Origin: an uncultured delta proteobacterium
GTDB taxonomy: Bacteria; Myxococcota; Myxococcia; Myxococcales; Anaeromyxobacteraceae
Direction of reading: 5' to 3'
NCBI GenBank assembly: GCA_963828255.1
Contig: CAWHDZ010000030.1
Span: 18,674 to 82,673, forward strand
DNA: 64,000 bases
The notes beneath the pieces were generated by a model that saw only the letters and a program-made list of their open reading frames with translations, did no database searches and was not told the origin of the DNA. Shown here in pieces: positions 23,256-35,862 of the stretch; positions within the stretch are counted from its first letter, which is position 1, and each line of letters begins with the position of its first letter. Position numbers and translations under genes: made by a program.

Positions 23256-24439
23256 GCGATCCGCACCAGCTCCTGCTGGAGCTTGGAGAAGATGCGGGGT
23301 CCACCTGGAGTGAGGACGACGTCGATCTCCAGCCGCACCCCCATGCCCTCCTCGGGGAGGTAGATTCCCGGCTCGATGGAGAAGGCGGTGCGCTCGAGCA
23401 GCACCCGGGTGTCGTGGGTCTCCAGGTCGTCCATGTTGGCCCCGTCGCCGTGGGGCGAGGCGAAGCCGATGGAGTGGCCGGTGCGGTGGACGAAGCGATC
23501 GCCGTAGCCCTTCGAGGCGATGTGGTCGCGCACCACCCGGTCCACCTGCCAGCCCTCGAGCCGCTCCTTCGCCCGGAAGGCCCGCTCGACCAGGCCGAAG
23601 CCGGCGTCGCGCCCGTCGGCGGTGACCCGGAAGATCTCCTGCACCTTGGGTGGAGGGCGGTCGCCGCAGAAGGCCATCCAGGTGATGTCGGCGTAGGGGT
23701 CGTCGGCGCGCGGCTCGCGGGCCCACAGGTCGATGAGCAGGAGGTCCCCGCTGCGGATGGGCGTGGGACGCTCCCGCGACGGCACGTAGTGGGGATCGCC
23801 GGCGTGGCCGTTCACCGCCACGATGGGCGGGTGGTCGGTGACGAGCCCGCGCTCGGCGAAGCGGGCCATGAGCAGGTCCTGGATCTCGTGCTCGGCGGGG
23901 TCGCGGCCGCGGCGGTGCTCCTCGCCCACCCGGGCGAAGGCCTCGTCCTTGGCCTCGTCGATGGCCCGGCAGGAGCGGGCGTGGCTCTCGATCTGCCGGT
24001 CGTCGAGGCGGCAGAGGAACTGCTGCACCAGCTCGCCCGAGGACACCACCTCGACGCCCAGCGAGCGGACGAGCTCCAGCGTGCCGGCGTCCACCCGCGA
24101 CAGGTACGGGATGCCGGCCATGGGGAAGTACTCCATGGCGAGCCGCCGGCCGGGCAGGCCGGCGAGCATGCCCGAAAGGCCCGCCCGGAAGGACTGCCAG
24201 GAGGCGTAGCTCTCGCGCCGGCCCGGGACGTGGGCCGGGAAGGAGCCCCGCTCGATGGCGTGGACGAGGAGGCTCGGCTCTCCGCGGGCCGGGACGAGGT
24301 AGGCCCAGCGCCGGGTGAGCATGTGGCTCCCCAGCCCCAGCGCGCCGATGGCGGTAGGGTTCTGGCCGTGGAAGTCGTAGAGGAGCCAGCCGTCGAGCTC
24401 CTGGGCGGCGATGGCCTGCTGCAGGGCCGGGATGTCCAT
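23252..24439 (-). CDS. M24-family Xaa-Pro aminopeptidase
   Basis: ATG at 24439 is preceded by GGAGG. Motifs LIDLWA, HRTGHSIG, EPGIYLPE and RLEIDV fit the pita-bread fold metal ligands. Confidence 0.85.
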   Translation of the reverse strand: MDIPALQQAIAAQELDGWLLYDFHGQNPTAIGALGLGSHMLTRRWAYLVPARGEPSLLVHAIERGSFPAHVPGRRESYASWQSFRAGLSGMLAGLPGRRLAMEYFPMAGIPYLSRVDAGTLELVRSLGVEVVSSGELVQQFLCRLDDRQIESHARSCRAIDEAKDEAFARVGEEHRRGRDPAEHEIQDLLMARFAERGLVTDHPPIVAVNGHAGDPHYVPSRERPTPIRSGDLLLIDLWAREPRADDPYADITWMAFCGDRPPPKVQEIFRVTADGRDAGFGLVERAFRAKERLEGWQVDRVVRDHIASKGYGDRFVHRTGHSIGFASPHGDGANMDDLETHDTRVLLERTAFSIEPGIYLPEEGMGVRLEIDVVLTPGGPRIFSKLQQELVRIA

Positions 24440-24462
24440 GGTTCGACCTCCGGATCGGGCTG

Positions 24463-25926
24463 CTAGATGGGGACCCGGTAGCGCTTGCCCGGCGGCGGTT
24501 CGAGGGGGATCTGGTGCAGCCGGATCGAGTTGGTGTTCCCGGGCTCGCCGAGCGGCGACCCGTACACGATGATGACCCGGTCGCCGGGGCCGGCCAGGCC
24601 GTCGGCCAGCAGCCGCTCCGACACCAGCCGCGCCATCGAGTCGGGGTCGCGGACCGGCTCCAGGATGCGCGGGAGGACTCCCCAGTAGAGCGCCATGCGC
24701 CGGCGGATGGGCTGCTCGGGCGAGAAGGCCACCACGGGGACGTGCGGGCGGTAGCGGGAGAGCAGGCGGGCCGTCGTTCCACCCACCGTGAAGCAGGCGA
24801 TGAGGCGGGCGCTGGACTCCAGGGCGGCGCGCACCGCCGCGGAAGCCACCACGTCGTTGAAGGGCACCGGCGGGGGAGGGGGCTCGACCGGGCGCAGGCG
24901 GGAGAGGAAGTAGTTGCGCTCGGCCTCGCGCACGATGCGGTCCATGGTCTGGACCGCCAGCAGCGGGAAGCGGCCGCTGGCGGTCTCCCCGGAGAGCATG
25001 ACCGCGTCGGCGCCGTCCCAGACGGCGTTGGCCACGTCGCTGGCCTCGGCGCGGGTGGGGCGCGGGTGCTGCATCATCGAGTCGAGCATCTGGGTGGCGA
25101 TGATGACCGGCTTGCCCAGCTGGTTGCCCCGGTCGACGATCGACTTCTGGAGGATGGGGACCCGCTCGGCGGGCACCTCGACGCCCAGGTCGCCGCGCGC
25201 CACCATGAGCCCGTCGGCCGCCTCGGCGATCTCGTCGATGTTCTCGAGCGCCTCCGGCTTCTCGATCTTGGCGATGATGGGCACCACGCGCCCCAGCGCC
25301 CGGAGCTCGGCGCGGGCCTCCTCGACGTCGCCGGCGCTGCGCACGAAGGAGAGGGCCACGTAGTCCACGCCGTGCCTGGCGCCGAAGGCCAGGTCGGCCC
25401 GGTCCTTCTCGGAGAGGGCCGAGACACGCAGTGCCACCCCGGGAAGGTTGATGCCCTTGTGCTCCTTCAGCCGTCCGCCCTCGACCACCTGGGCGGTGAC
25501 GCGGACGCCGTCGGTGTCGAGCACCTTGAACTCGAGCAGCCCGTCGTCCACGAGCAGCCGGTCCCCCTTGCGGACGTCCTGGGCCAGGAAGGGGTAGGTG
25601 GTGGAGATGAGGTGCTCGTCGCCGAGGACCTCCTTCTCGGTGGTGATGACGATGGTGTCGCCGGTGACGAGCGCCACCCCGGCGCGGCCGGCCTGCAGCG
25701 GGCCGGTGCGGATCTTCGGCCCCTGGAGGTCCTGCAGGATGGCCACGGGCCGGACGAGCTGCCGCGAGGCGGCGCGGATGCGCTCGATGACGGCGGCGTG
25801 GTCGTCGTGGGTGCCGTGGGAGAAGTTGAGGCGGGCGACGTCCATGCCCATCTCGAGGAGCTTCAGCACGACGTCGGGGGATTCGCTGGCGGGACCCAGG
25901 GTGCAGACGATCTTTGCGCGGCGCAC
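24463..25926 (-). CDS. pyk: pyruvate kinase
   Basis: [35 protein letters not shown] and ATQMLDSM are canonical pyruvate kinase motifs. Confidence 0.96.
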   Translation of the reverse strand: MRRAKIVCTLGPASESPDVVLKLLEMGMDVARLNFSHGTHDDHAAVIERIRAASRQLVRPVAILQDLQGPKIRTGPLQAGRAGVALVTGDTIVITTEKEVLGDEHLISTTYPFLAQDVRKGDRLLVDDGLLEFKVLDTDGVRVTAQVVEGGRLKEHKGINLPGVALRVSALSEKDRADLAFGARHGVDYVALSFVRSAGDVEEARAELRALGRVVPIIAKIEKPEALENIDEIAEAADGLMVARGDLGVEVPAERVPILQKSIVDRGNQLGKPVIIATQMLDSMMQHPRPTRAEASDVANAVWDGADAVMLSGETASGRFPLLAVQTMDRIVREAERNYFLSRLRPVEPPPPPVPFNDVVASAAVRAALESSARLIACFTVGGTTARLLSRYRPHVPVVAFSPEQPIRRRMALYWGVLPRILEPVRDPDSMARLVSERLLADGLAGPGDRVIIVYGSPLGEPGNTNSIRLHQIPLEPPPGKRYRVPI

Positions 25927-25987
25927 GGTCCGGTGGATCTACCGCGTTTGCGGCCGCGGCGCCTCCCCGATACCGTCCAATGCCCGG

Positions 25988-26590
25988 ATGGGAGCCCGAC
26001 TGCCACGCGCCTTCTTCGACCGGGACACCCGGGTGGTGGCCCGGGAACTCCTCGGAAAGGTGCTCGTGCACCAGGACGGCCGGACGCGGCGGGCCGCCCG
26101 GATCGTGGAGACGGAGGCCTACCACGGCCCCTCCGACCGGGCCTCCCACGCCCGCTTCGGGCCGACGCCCCGAACCGGTGTGATGTTCGGGCCTCCCGGC
26201 CACGCCTACGTCTACCGGGTCTACGGACTGCATCACTGCATGAACGCCGTCACCGGGCCGGAGGGATTCCCCGCCGCGGTCCTGATCCGCGCCGGAGAGC
26301 CGGTCACGGGCTGCCTCCACGCCACCCGGGGACCGGGGAACCTCTGCCGGGCCCTGCGCATCGACGCCGGGCGCCACACCGGGCTCGACCTCCAGGGAGG
26401 GACGGTCTGGTTCGAGGAAGGGGACCGGGCTCCCGGCCGGGTGCTGCGCACGCCCCGGATCGGGGTGGGCTACGCCGGGTCCTGGGCGTTCCGCCCCTGG
26501 CGCTTCCTGCTGGCGGAGGGCCCGGTGAATCCGCCACGAAAAATTCGCTTGCACCAGGGGCGCGAACGGACCATTACATCTCGCGAATGA
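25988..26590 (+). CDS. DNA-3-methyladenine glycosylase (AAG/Mpg family)
   Basis: [27 protein letters not shown] and [23 protein letters not shown] are present. ATG at 25988. Its stop overlaps the tetR ATG. Confidence 0.88.
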   Translation: MGARLPRAFFDRDTRVVARELLGKVLVHQDGRTRRAARIVETEAYHGPSDRASHARFGPTPRTGVMFGPPGHAYVYRVYGLHHCMNAVTGPEGFPAAVLIRAGEPVTGCLHATRGPGNLCRALRIDAGRHTGLDLQGGTVWFEEGDRAPGRVLRTPRIGVGYAGSWAFRPWRFLLAEGPVNPPRKIRLHQGRERTITSRE

Positions 26591-27159
26591 CCATTCGCAC
26601 GTCGACGGACCGGCGCGCGCGCACCCGCGCGCACGCCCGCCGGGACATCCTCGAGTCCGCCGCCCGGGTCTTCGCCCGGCGCGGCTACGCCGCCGCCACG
26701 CTTTCCGAGCTGGCCCAGGCCGCCGGCTACGCGGCCCCCTCGCTCTACCGGTACTTCGGGAGCAAGGAGGAGATCTTCCAGAGCCTGCTCGAGCTGGTCC
26801 TGGCCGAGGTCCAGGAGGCATTCGAGGCGCCGGTGGATCGAGGCCTCCCCCTCCGGGAACGCTTCTCCGCCCTCCTCGTCTCGCTTGGCCGGCTGGCCGA
26901 GCGGAGAGGCGAGACGCTCGACCTGCTGTCCGCCCACGGCGACCCCCACGAGAGACAGGCCCACCTCGAGAAGCTCATCGCAACCTGGCTCCGGAAGCAC
27001 GTGGGACGCTCCGAGCTTCGCGTCTCCCCCGCCGTGGCCGCGCGCGTCGCCGCCGGGATCCTCATCGCCCTCCACCACGGCCAGGACAGGACCGGGTCCG
27101 CACCCGACCTGAGCGTCCAGGCCGCCGCCGACCTCGTCCTTCACGGAGTCTCCGCATGA
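26587..27159 (+). CDS. TetR/AcrR-family transcriptional regulator
   Basis: N-terminal [31 protein letters not shown]. 190 aa. It sits upstream of the RND pump genes. Confidence 0.88.
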   Translation: MTIRTSTDRRARTRAHARRDILESAARVFARRGYAAATLSELAQAAGYAAPSLYRYFGSKEEIFQSLLELVLAEVQEAFEAPVDRGLPLRERFSALLVSLGRLAERRGETLDLLSAHGDPHERQAHLEKLIATWLRKHVGRSELRVSPAVAARVAAGILIALHHGQDRTGSAPDLSVQAAADLVLHGVSA

Positions 27160-28255
27160 TCCACCGCACCGTCTCGAAGCTCCCCGCAACCCTCGCGGCC
27201 CTCCTGCTCTCCGCCTGCGGGCAGGGCGCCGGGAAGGCCAGCCTGCCCGCCGCCGGCCCGGAGGGGCGTGCCGTACGGGTGGCGAAGCCGGCCACGCGCA
27301 TGGAGACCGGGCTGGCCCGGGCCACCGGCATGGTGCGCGCCAAGGAGGAGGCGGTCCTCTCCGCCCGGGCCAGCGGCCAGATCAAGCGGGTCCTGGTGGC
27401 GGTGGGCGACCGGGTACGCGCCGGCGCGCCGCTCGTGGAGATGGACCCGGTGAACGCCCGCATCGCGCTCGAGAACGCGATGGCCGCGGAGCGGCTGGCC
27501 GTCGCCAACCTGGGCGTGGCCGACCGCGAGGTGGCCCGCTCCAAGATGCTCTTCGAGGCGCAGAGCCTCCCCGAGGCCGGCTACGACCGGGTCAAGACCG
27601 GCCGGGACGTGGCCGCCGCCCAGCTCGACCAGGCCCGCGCCGCGCTGGCCGGCGCGAAGCAGATGGTCGCCGACACCGTCATCGCGGCCCCATTCGACGG
27701 GGTGGTGACCGCCAAGTTCCACAACGCCGGCGACACCGTGACCCTCATGCCGGTCACCCCCATCGTCAGCGTCACCGACGTGGACCACCTCGAGGTCCGC
27801 CTGGCCGCCCCGGAGTCCATCGAGAGCTTCGTGCGCGCCGGGCAGGTCATCGAGGGCGTGCTGACCCCCTCCGGCCAGCGCTTCCAGGCCAAGGTCCGGA
27901 TGAAGGGCGCGGTGGTCGATCCGCAGTCGCGCACCATCGAGGTGCTGGCCGACGTGCTGAAGGACAAGGGAGCGGTGATCCGCCCGGGAAGCCTGGCCAA
28001 CGTGGACTTCGGCGGCTTCGGCGAGAAGGACGGGCTCTACCTGCCCGCGAGCGCCGTGCGCACCGATGCGAAGGGCGCGACCGTGCTCGTCGCCAGCGGT
28101 GGAAAGGCCGAGGAGAAGGCCGTGCAGGTGTCGCCGCTCAACCCCGGGACGGTGCTCGTCACCGGCGGTCTCACCCCCGACGCGGTGGTCATCCTCGATC
28201 CGGGCGCGCTGCGCCCCGGCGACGCGGTCGTGCCCATCGCCGCCGAGGGGGCCAA

Positions 28256-28259
<4 letters not shown>
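27156..28259 (+). CDS. RND efflux periplasmic adaptor (membrane-fusion) lipoprotein
   Basis: Lipobox LLLSAC|GQ, a coiled-coil hairpin region and beta-barrel domains typical of the HlyD/AcrA family. Confidence 0.88.
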
Positions 28260-31339
<3,080 letters not shown>

Positions 31340-31348
31340 ACACGGGAC

Positions 31349-32359
31349 GTGGAGCACGTCGCCAACCAGGATTCGCGCGGCCTCGCCCGGCTGCTCGGCG
31401 TCGAGCTCGCCGACGCACGCCGGCTGCTCGGCGCGGCGGTGGCCCGTGGCAAGACGCTGCGCGACGCCCGCAACGTCCGGCGCGAGATCCTCGACCGCGC
31501 CGCCGCCACCCTCTCCGAGGAGCGGCTGCGGGTCGCCCACCGCGAGGACGCAGCCGACGGCTTCCGGCGCTACCTCTTCGAGCTCAAGGACGGCGCGCGC
31601 GTCGAGTCGGTGCGCATCCCGCTCTTCGACACCCACCACACCCTCTGCCTGTCGTCCCAGGTGGGCTGCGCGCTCGCCTGCTCCTTCTGCGCCACCGGGC
31701 GGCTCGGGCTCACCCGCAACCTCGAGCCCTGGGAGATGGTCGGCCAGTGGATGGAGGTCCGCCGGGACAGCCAGCTCCCCATCACCGGCGCGGTCTTCAT
31801 GGGGCAGGGGGAGCCCTTCCACAACTACGAGGCGGTGATCGCCGCGGCCTACGTGCTCTGCGACCCGGCCGGCGGGCGCGTGGACGGGCAGCGCATCTCC
31901 ATCTCCACCGCCGGAGTCGTTCCCATGATCCGGCGCTACACCGCCGAGGGGCACAAGTTCCGGCTCTGCGTGTCGCTCAACTCGGCCATTCCGGAGAAGC
32001 GGGCGGCCCTGATGCCGGTGGAGCGGGGCCAGCCGCTCGACGAGCTCGTGGACGCGGTGCGGGAGCACGCGGCGGCTCGGGGGCGGGTCACGCTCGAGTA
32101 CGTGATGATGGCCGGCGTGAACGTGGGGGAGGAGGACGCGCTGGCGCTGGGCAAGCTGCTCTCCGGGATCCCGGTGCGGCTCAACCCCATCGCGGTGAAC
32201 GACGACTCCGGTCGCTACCGGCCTCCGACGGAGGTGGAGTGGAACGCCTTCCGCGACGCGCTGGCGCGCCACCTGCCCGGGCAGCCGATCGTGAGGCGTT
32301 ACTCGGGCGGGGGTGACCGGAACGCGGCCTGCGGGATGCTGGCGGGGACGGTGCGGTAG
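31349..32359 (+). CDS. rlmN: radical-SAM 23S rRNA/tRNA adenine-C2 methyltransferase
   Basis: [11 protein letters not shown] (CxxxCxxC), MGQGEPF, and a C-terminal AACGML as in RlmN/Cfr. GTG start is uncertain. Confidence 0.82.
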   Translation: MEHVANQDSRGLARLLGVELADARRLLGAAVARGKTLRDARNVRREILDRAAATLSEERLRVAHREDAADGFRRYLFELKDGARVESVRIPLFDTHHTLCLSSQVGCALACSFCATGRLGLTRNLEPWEMVGQWMEVRRDSQLPITGAVFMGQGEPFHNYEAVIAAAYVLCDPAGGRVDGQRISISTAGVVPMIRRYTAEGHKFRLCVSLNSAIPEKRAALMPVERGQPLDELVDAVREHAAARGRVTLEYVMMAGVNVGEEDALALGKLLSGIPVRLNPIAVNDDSGRYRPPTEVEWNAFRDALARHLPGQPIVRRYSGGGDRNAACGMLAGTVR

Positions 32360-32597
32360 GGGGGGGTGGTGGTTCGGGAGGCGGTTCCCTGGGTGGCTCT
32401 TCCGGCGCCTTTTCAGGCGCCGGTGTAGAAAACACGTCCAGGTTCTGCAGGAGCTCGAGCCGCTCGAGGAGCTCCAGGTTCTCGATGAGCTCGGCGTCCG
32501 GATCGCGGGACGGCCCCTTCGCCCCCTTCTCGACCGCGGGCGCGGGAGGATCGGCGGCCAGGAGCGCCGCGGCGGCGATGGCGGCGAGCGCGATCAT
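32181..32597 (-). CDS. small secreted acidic/proline-rich protein, last gene of the ECF operon
   Basis: The ATG at 32597 overlaps the stop of the barrel gene (ATGA). Signal [15 protein letters not shown], then [21 protein letters not shown], then a Pro-rich tail. There is no stop until 32181, so its 3' end overlaps rlmN by 179 nt on the opposite strand. The true C-terminus is uncertain. Confidence 0.5.
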   Translation of the reverse strand: MIALAAIAAAALLAADPPAPAVEKGAKGPSRDPDAELIENLELLERLELLQNLDVFSTPAPEKAPEEPPREPPPEPPPPPTAPSPPASRRPRSGHPRPSNASRSAARAGGAPARRGRRSTPPPSEAGSDRSRRSPRWG

Positions 32598-34210
32598 GGC
32601 GTGGAGACGTTGATCCCCAGGATGAACTTGCGGGCCAGCCCCTGGTCGGGGAAGAAGTCGCCCATCGCGAGCAGGTCCGCCTCGGCCAGCACCGAGAGCC
32701 AGCGCCACGGCGACCAGGAGAGGTTCAGGTCCACCTCCGGACCGTACGACGACCCGCCGAACCCGCTCGGCTGATCGGCCCAGAGCCATGCCGCCTTGAG
32801 GGTGGCGTCGAACCCGTGCCCCGGCGTCCAGCCCACCTGCACCCCGGGGGCGATCACGCCGCGCGCGTTCACGCCCGAGCCGCTGGCGCGCCGGTCGGCG
32901 AAGGACTCGGCGATGCCGCCCTGGAAGAAGAGGTTGGTGGCGGTGATGTAGGGCGAGATGGCGAGGAACCCACCCCAGTCGCCCGCTCCGGAGGCGATCT
33001 GCTGGCTGGACGGGGGGGAGTCCCCGGTCAGCCAGATGAAGAACGGACTCACGGTGAACCCGGATCCCGGCTGTACGGTGAGGCGCGTCGTGAGGATCCA
33101 GCCGAGGGCCGGGACCTCCACCGCCGCGGCGGTTCCCCCGGACGCCGAGGTGGCGCCCACCGTGCCGAAGGCCGCACCCGCGGTGAAGCGCAACTCGATC
33201 CGGGAGGTGAGCTCGAGACGCCCGGAGACGCCCGCCCAGCCCAGGCTGGTGGCGCCGCTCCCCGGGGTGTTGAGCAGGATCGCCAGGCGCCGCGAGGCCG
33301 CCCGGTACGCGACCGAGCCGGGGACGGTCGCCCCGAGCTCCACCACCTGCCCCTCCACCAGCCCCTGCTGGAGGACCGATGCCGCGTCGCCGCTCTGGTC
33401 GCTGGACCAGGCGCCCCAGACCCCGATCCACTCGCCGAGCGAAGGGGTCCACTCCGCGGTCATCGCCACCGCCGGGTACTTCCACTCCGAGCCGGTGGGC
33501 CAGGAGCGGGACGGGTAGAAGACCGACGCCGAGAAGGCGAGCGGCGGCCCGAAGGCCCCCACGTCCAGGTCGAGATCGAGCCCCAGCCCCCAGTCGTCGT
33601 AGACGAAGCCGTCGCCGATGCGCAGCCGCTGCCGCCCCAGCCTCGCGTGGAAGGCCCCGGCCGGCCCGGCGTCCACCTCGGCGTAGATCTGGCGGATGAA
33701 GGCCGTCTGGCTGGCCTCCTCCTGGAAGGTGGTGCCGTTCGAGGTGATCTCGCTCGGCCCGCTCGTGGTGGTGGCGAGCAGGTACCGGCCCGAACCGCTG
33801 CAGGCGCCGCCGCTCACCGGCGCGAGCCCGGAGGGGGAGGTGAGCGAGGCGCAGGTCTCGACCGCGTCCGGGAAGCTCTGCGACCGCAAGAGCCCCGAGT
33901 CCACGTCGAGACGGAAGCCGAGCCAGGAGGTCGCCTCCCAGCCCGCCGAGACGAAGACCAGCGCCGAGGCGTAGCCCTGCGACGGCCCGGGGGTGAGGTA
34001 GAGCTCCGACGCGAAGACCTGGCCGGCCTGGTCGAAGAGGAGCTGCGTCGAGGGGAGTGCGCCCTGGCCGGTGTAGCGAGCGGCCAGCCCGGCCCGCGCC
34101 CAGAGCGGCGCGTCGTCCGCCAAGAGCTCGAGCGCGAGGACGTCGGCCGAGGTTGACCCGTCCCCGGCCGATGCGAGGAGGACGGCCAGGATGGCGGTGA
34201 GGGGCGACAC
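32594..34210 (-). CDS. putative outer-membrane beta-barrel protein (porin/alginate-export-like), 538 aa
   Basis: Signal-like N-terminus MSPLTAILAVLLASAG. It is Gly/Ser/aromatic-rich with alternating strand patterns throughout (LGFRLDVDSG, WGLGLDLDLDVG, EVDLNLSWSPW). I recognise no family-specific motif. Confidence 0.6.
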   Translation of the reverse strand: MSPLTAILAVLLASAGDGSTSADVLALELLADDAPLWARAGLAARYTGQGALPSTQLLFDQAGQVFASELYLTPGPSQGYASALVFVSAGWEATSWLGFRLDVDSGLLRSQSFPDAVETCASLTSPSGLAPVSGGACSGSGRYLLATTTSGPSEITSNGTTFQEEASQTAFIRQIYAEVDAGPAGAFHARLGRQRLRIGDGFVYDDWGLGLDLDLDVGAFGPPLAFSASVFYPSRSWPTGSEWKYPAVAMTAEWTPSLGEWIGVWGAWSSDQSGDAASVLQQGLVEGQVVELGATVPGSVAYRAASRRLAILLNTPGSGATSLGWAGVSGRLELTSRIELRFTAGAAFGTVGATSASGGTAAAVEVPALGWILTTRLTVQPGSGFTVSPFFIWLTGDSPPSSQQIASGAGDWGGFLAISPYITATNLFFQGGIAESFADRRASGSGVNARGVIAPGVQVGWTPGHGFDATLKAAWLWADQPSGFGGSSYGPEVDLNLSWSPWRWLSVLAEADLLAMGDFFPDQGLARKFILGINVSTP

Positions 34211-34219
34211 CTGCGGATG

Positions 34220-34750
34220 CTACGGCTTCTTCCCCTTCTGCCGCCACATGTCCCGCGCCTGGTCCCGCTGGCCCGGCGTCATCTGGCGCCAGCGCTGCAG
34301 ATTGTCGAGGTAGCGCTGCCGGACCTCCGGAGGCGCGTCCACCATCTTCCGGAAGAGCTGGCGGACCTGCCCCTGCCGCTCCGGGGTCATCTCGCGGTAC
34401 CGGCCGAGGAGATGCAGCATCTCCCGCCGCTCGTCGGGCGCGAGCTGGCGGAAGCGGTTCCAGGTCTGGGCGATCTCGGCCCGCTGGTCGGGAGGGAGGG
34501 AGCGCCAGCGGTCGAGGCGGGACTTCAGCTCGGCCTGCCGCTCGGGCGTCATCTCCTGGAAGGTCTGCCAGCGCTTGCGGAGCACGTCCTTCTCGGACGG
34601 GGAGAGCTTCTCCCAGCGCTCGCGGGCCGCCGGGGAGGGCGCACCGGCGACGGCCGGAGCTGCGCCCGGCGCGGCGCGAGGGGTCTCCTGCGCGGGTGCT
34701 GCGCCGGCAGCGAAGACCAGGACCAGGGCGAGGACGGTGCGGGCGATCAC
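34220..34750 (-). CDS. DUF3106-type periplasmic repeat protein
   Basis: The GTG at 34750 overlaps the anti-sigma TGA. Signal VIARTVLALVLVFAAGAAPA. Repeated W..(L/M)(S/T)P.(E/Q)R units (RWEKLSPSEK, FQEMTPERQ, WRSLPPDQR, FRQLAPDER, YREMTPERQ, WRQMTPGQR). Confidence 0.75.
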   Translation of the reverse strand: MIARTVLALVLVFAAGAAPAQETPRAAPGAAPAVAGAPSPAARERWEKLSPSEKDVLRKRWQTFQEMTPERQAELKSRLDRWRSLPPDQRAEIAQTWNRFRQLAPDERREMLHLLGRYREMTPERQGQVRQLFRKMVDAPPEVRQRYLDNLQRWRQMTPGQRDQARDMWRQKGKKP

Positions 34751-35232
34751 GGGCGGCCCTCCCGGATCTCGTCGAGGTGGATGACGACGTCGAGGTCCTC
34801 GGGCGTCTCGACCAGGTCGAGGCTCGCAACCTCCACGTAGTTCTCCAGCAGGTCGAGGTGGCGCGCCATCTCGAGCTCGGTTTGCTGCCGGTCCTGCCGC
34901 ACCCAGATTCCCACGGTCAGCGCGGCGGCCAGGCCCGTGGCCGGGACGAGCCAGCGCAGTGGACGGGCCCCGAGCCGCTCGAGGAGGGAGCGGCGGCGCG
35001 GCGTCTCGCGGGCCAGCCGGGCGTAGAAGCGCTGCTCGAACCCGGGGAGCGGCGGGGCCGGCGGCGGAAGGGCGCCGATCGTCGCGAGCGCGGCGGCGAG
35101 GGTATCCCGGCCGGCGCGGCACCCCGCGCATCCGGCCAGATGGGCCTCCACCTCGGCGCGGCGGGCCGGTTCGAGGGCGCCGTCGAGGAGCGCGGTCAGG
35201 TCCTCCTCGACGTGGATCACGCGGCGGTTCAC
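34747..35232 (-). CDS. zf-HC2 anti-sigma factor
   Basis: HLAGCAGC matches HxxxCxxC. One TM segment (LRWLVPATGLAAALTVGIWV). Short acidic C-terminal tail LDLLENYVEVASLDLVETPEDLDVV. It overlaps the sigma gene stop. Confidence 0.82.
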   Translation of the reverse strand: MNRRVIHVEEDLTALLDGALEPARRAEVEAHLAGCAGCRAGRDTLAAALATIGALPPPAPPLPGFEQRFYARLARETPRRRSLLERLGARPLRWLVPATGLAAALTVGIWVRQDRQQTELEMARHLDLLENYVEVASLDLVETPEDLDVVIHLDEIREGRP

Positions 35233-35819
35233 GCCTCGGCTCCTTCCCCGGCCCAGGACTCGAGCGCCCGCGCCGCCGAGACGGTGGCCCGGTGCACGAG
35301 CGACTTCACCGATGGTACCGTGGTTCCCAGCACGAGCGCGATCTCCTCGTAGGGGAGGCCCTCGAACCGGGCCAGCACGAATGCGGCCCGCTGGCTCTCC
35401 GGCAGGCGGGCCAGCATGGCCTCCACGTCGCGGGAGAGGGCGTTGCCGCGGGCCTCCTCCTCGGGCGTGGCCGACGGTCCGGCGAGCGCGTCCGGGTCGA
35501 GCGGGGAGCCGTCCTCGCTGTCCGGGTCGATCTCCGGGCGAGCCCGGTACTCGCCGCGGCGCACCTCGTTCAGGCAGTGGTTCGTGGCGATCCGGTAGAG
35601 GAAGGTGGTGAAGCGGGCGCTGGGCTGGTAGCGGTCGGCCCCGGTGTGGAGCTTCAGGAACACGTCCTGGGCGAGCTCCTCGGCCCTGGCGTGGTCCTTC
35701 ACGAATCTCTGGCAGAAGGCCATGGTCGCGCGTCCGTGCTTCTCGAAGAGTGTCCGGAACGCCGCCTCGTCACCACCCTGGAACGCGACCATCAACGCCG
35801 CGTCGGGATCCGGAGCCAT
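35229..35819 (-). CDS. ECF (group IV) RNA polymerase sigma factor
   Basis: Region 2 (AEELAQDVFLKLH, FTTFLYRIATNHCLN) and region 4 (QRAAFVLARFEGLPYEEIALVLGTTVPSVKSLVHRA). Confidence 0.9.
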   Translation of the reverse strand: MAPDPDAALMVAFQGGDEAAFRTLFEKHGRATMAFCQRFVKDHARAEELAQDVFLKLHTGADRYQPSARFTTFLYRIATNHCLNEVRRGEYRARPEIDPDSEDGSPLDPDALAGPSATPEEEARGNALSRDVEAMLARLPESQRAAFVLARFEGLPYEEIALVLGTTVPSVKSLVHRATVSAARALESWAGEGAEA

Positions 35820-35862
35820 CCCTACCCTCCAACACGGGAAGAAGCGTTCGGTTGCGATCCGG

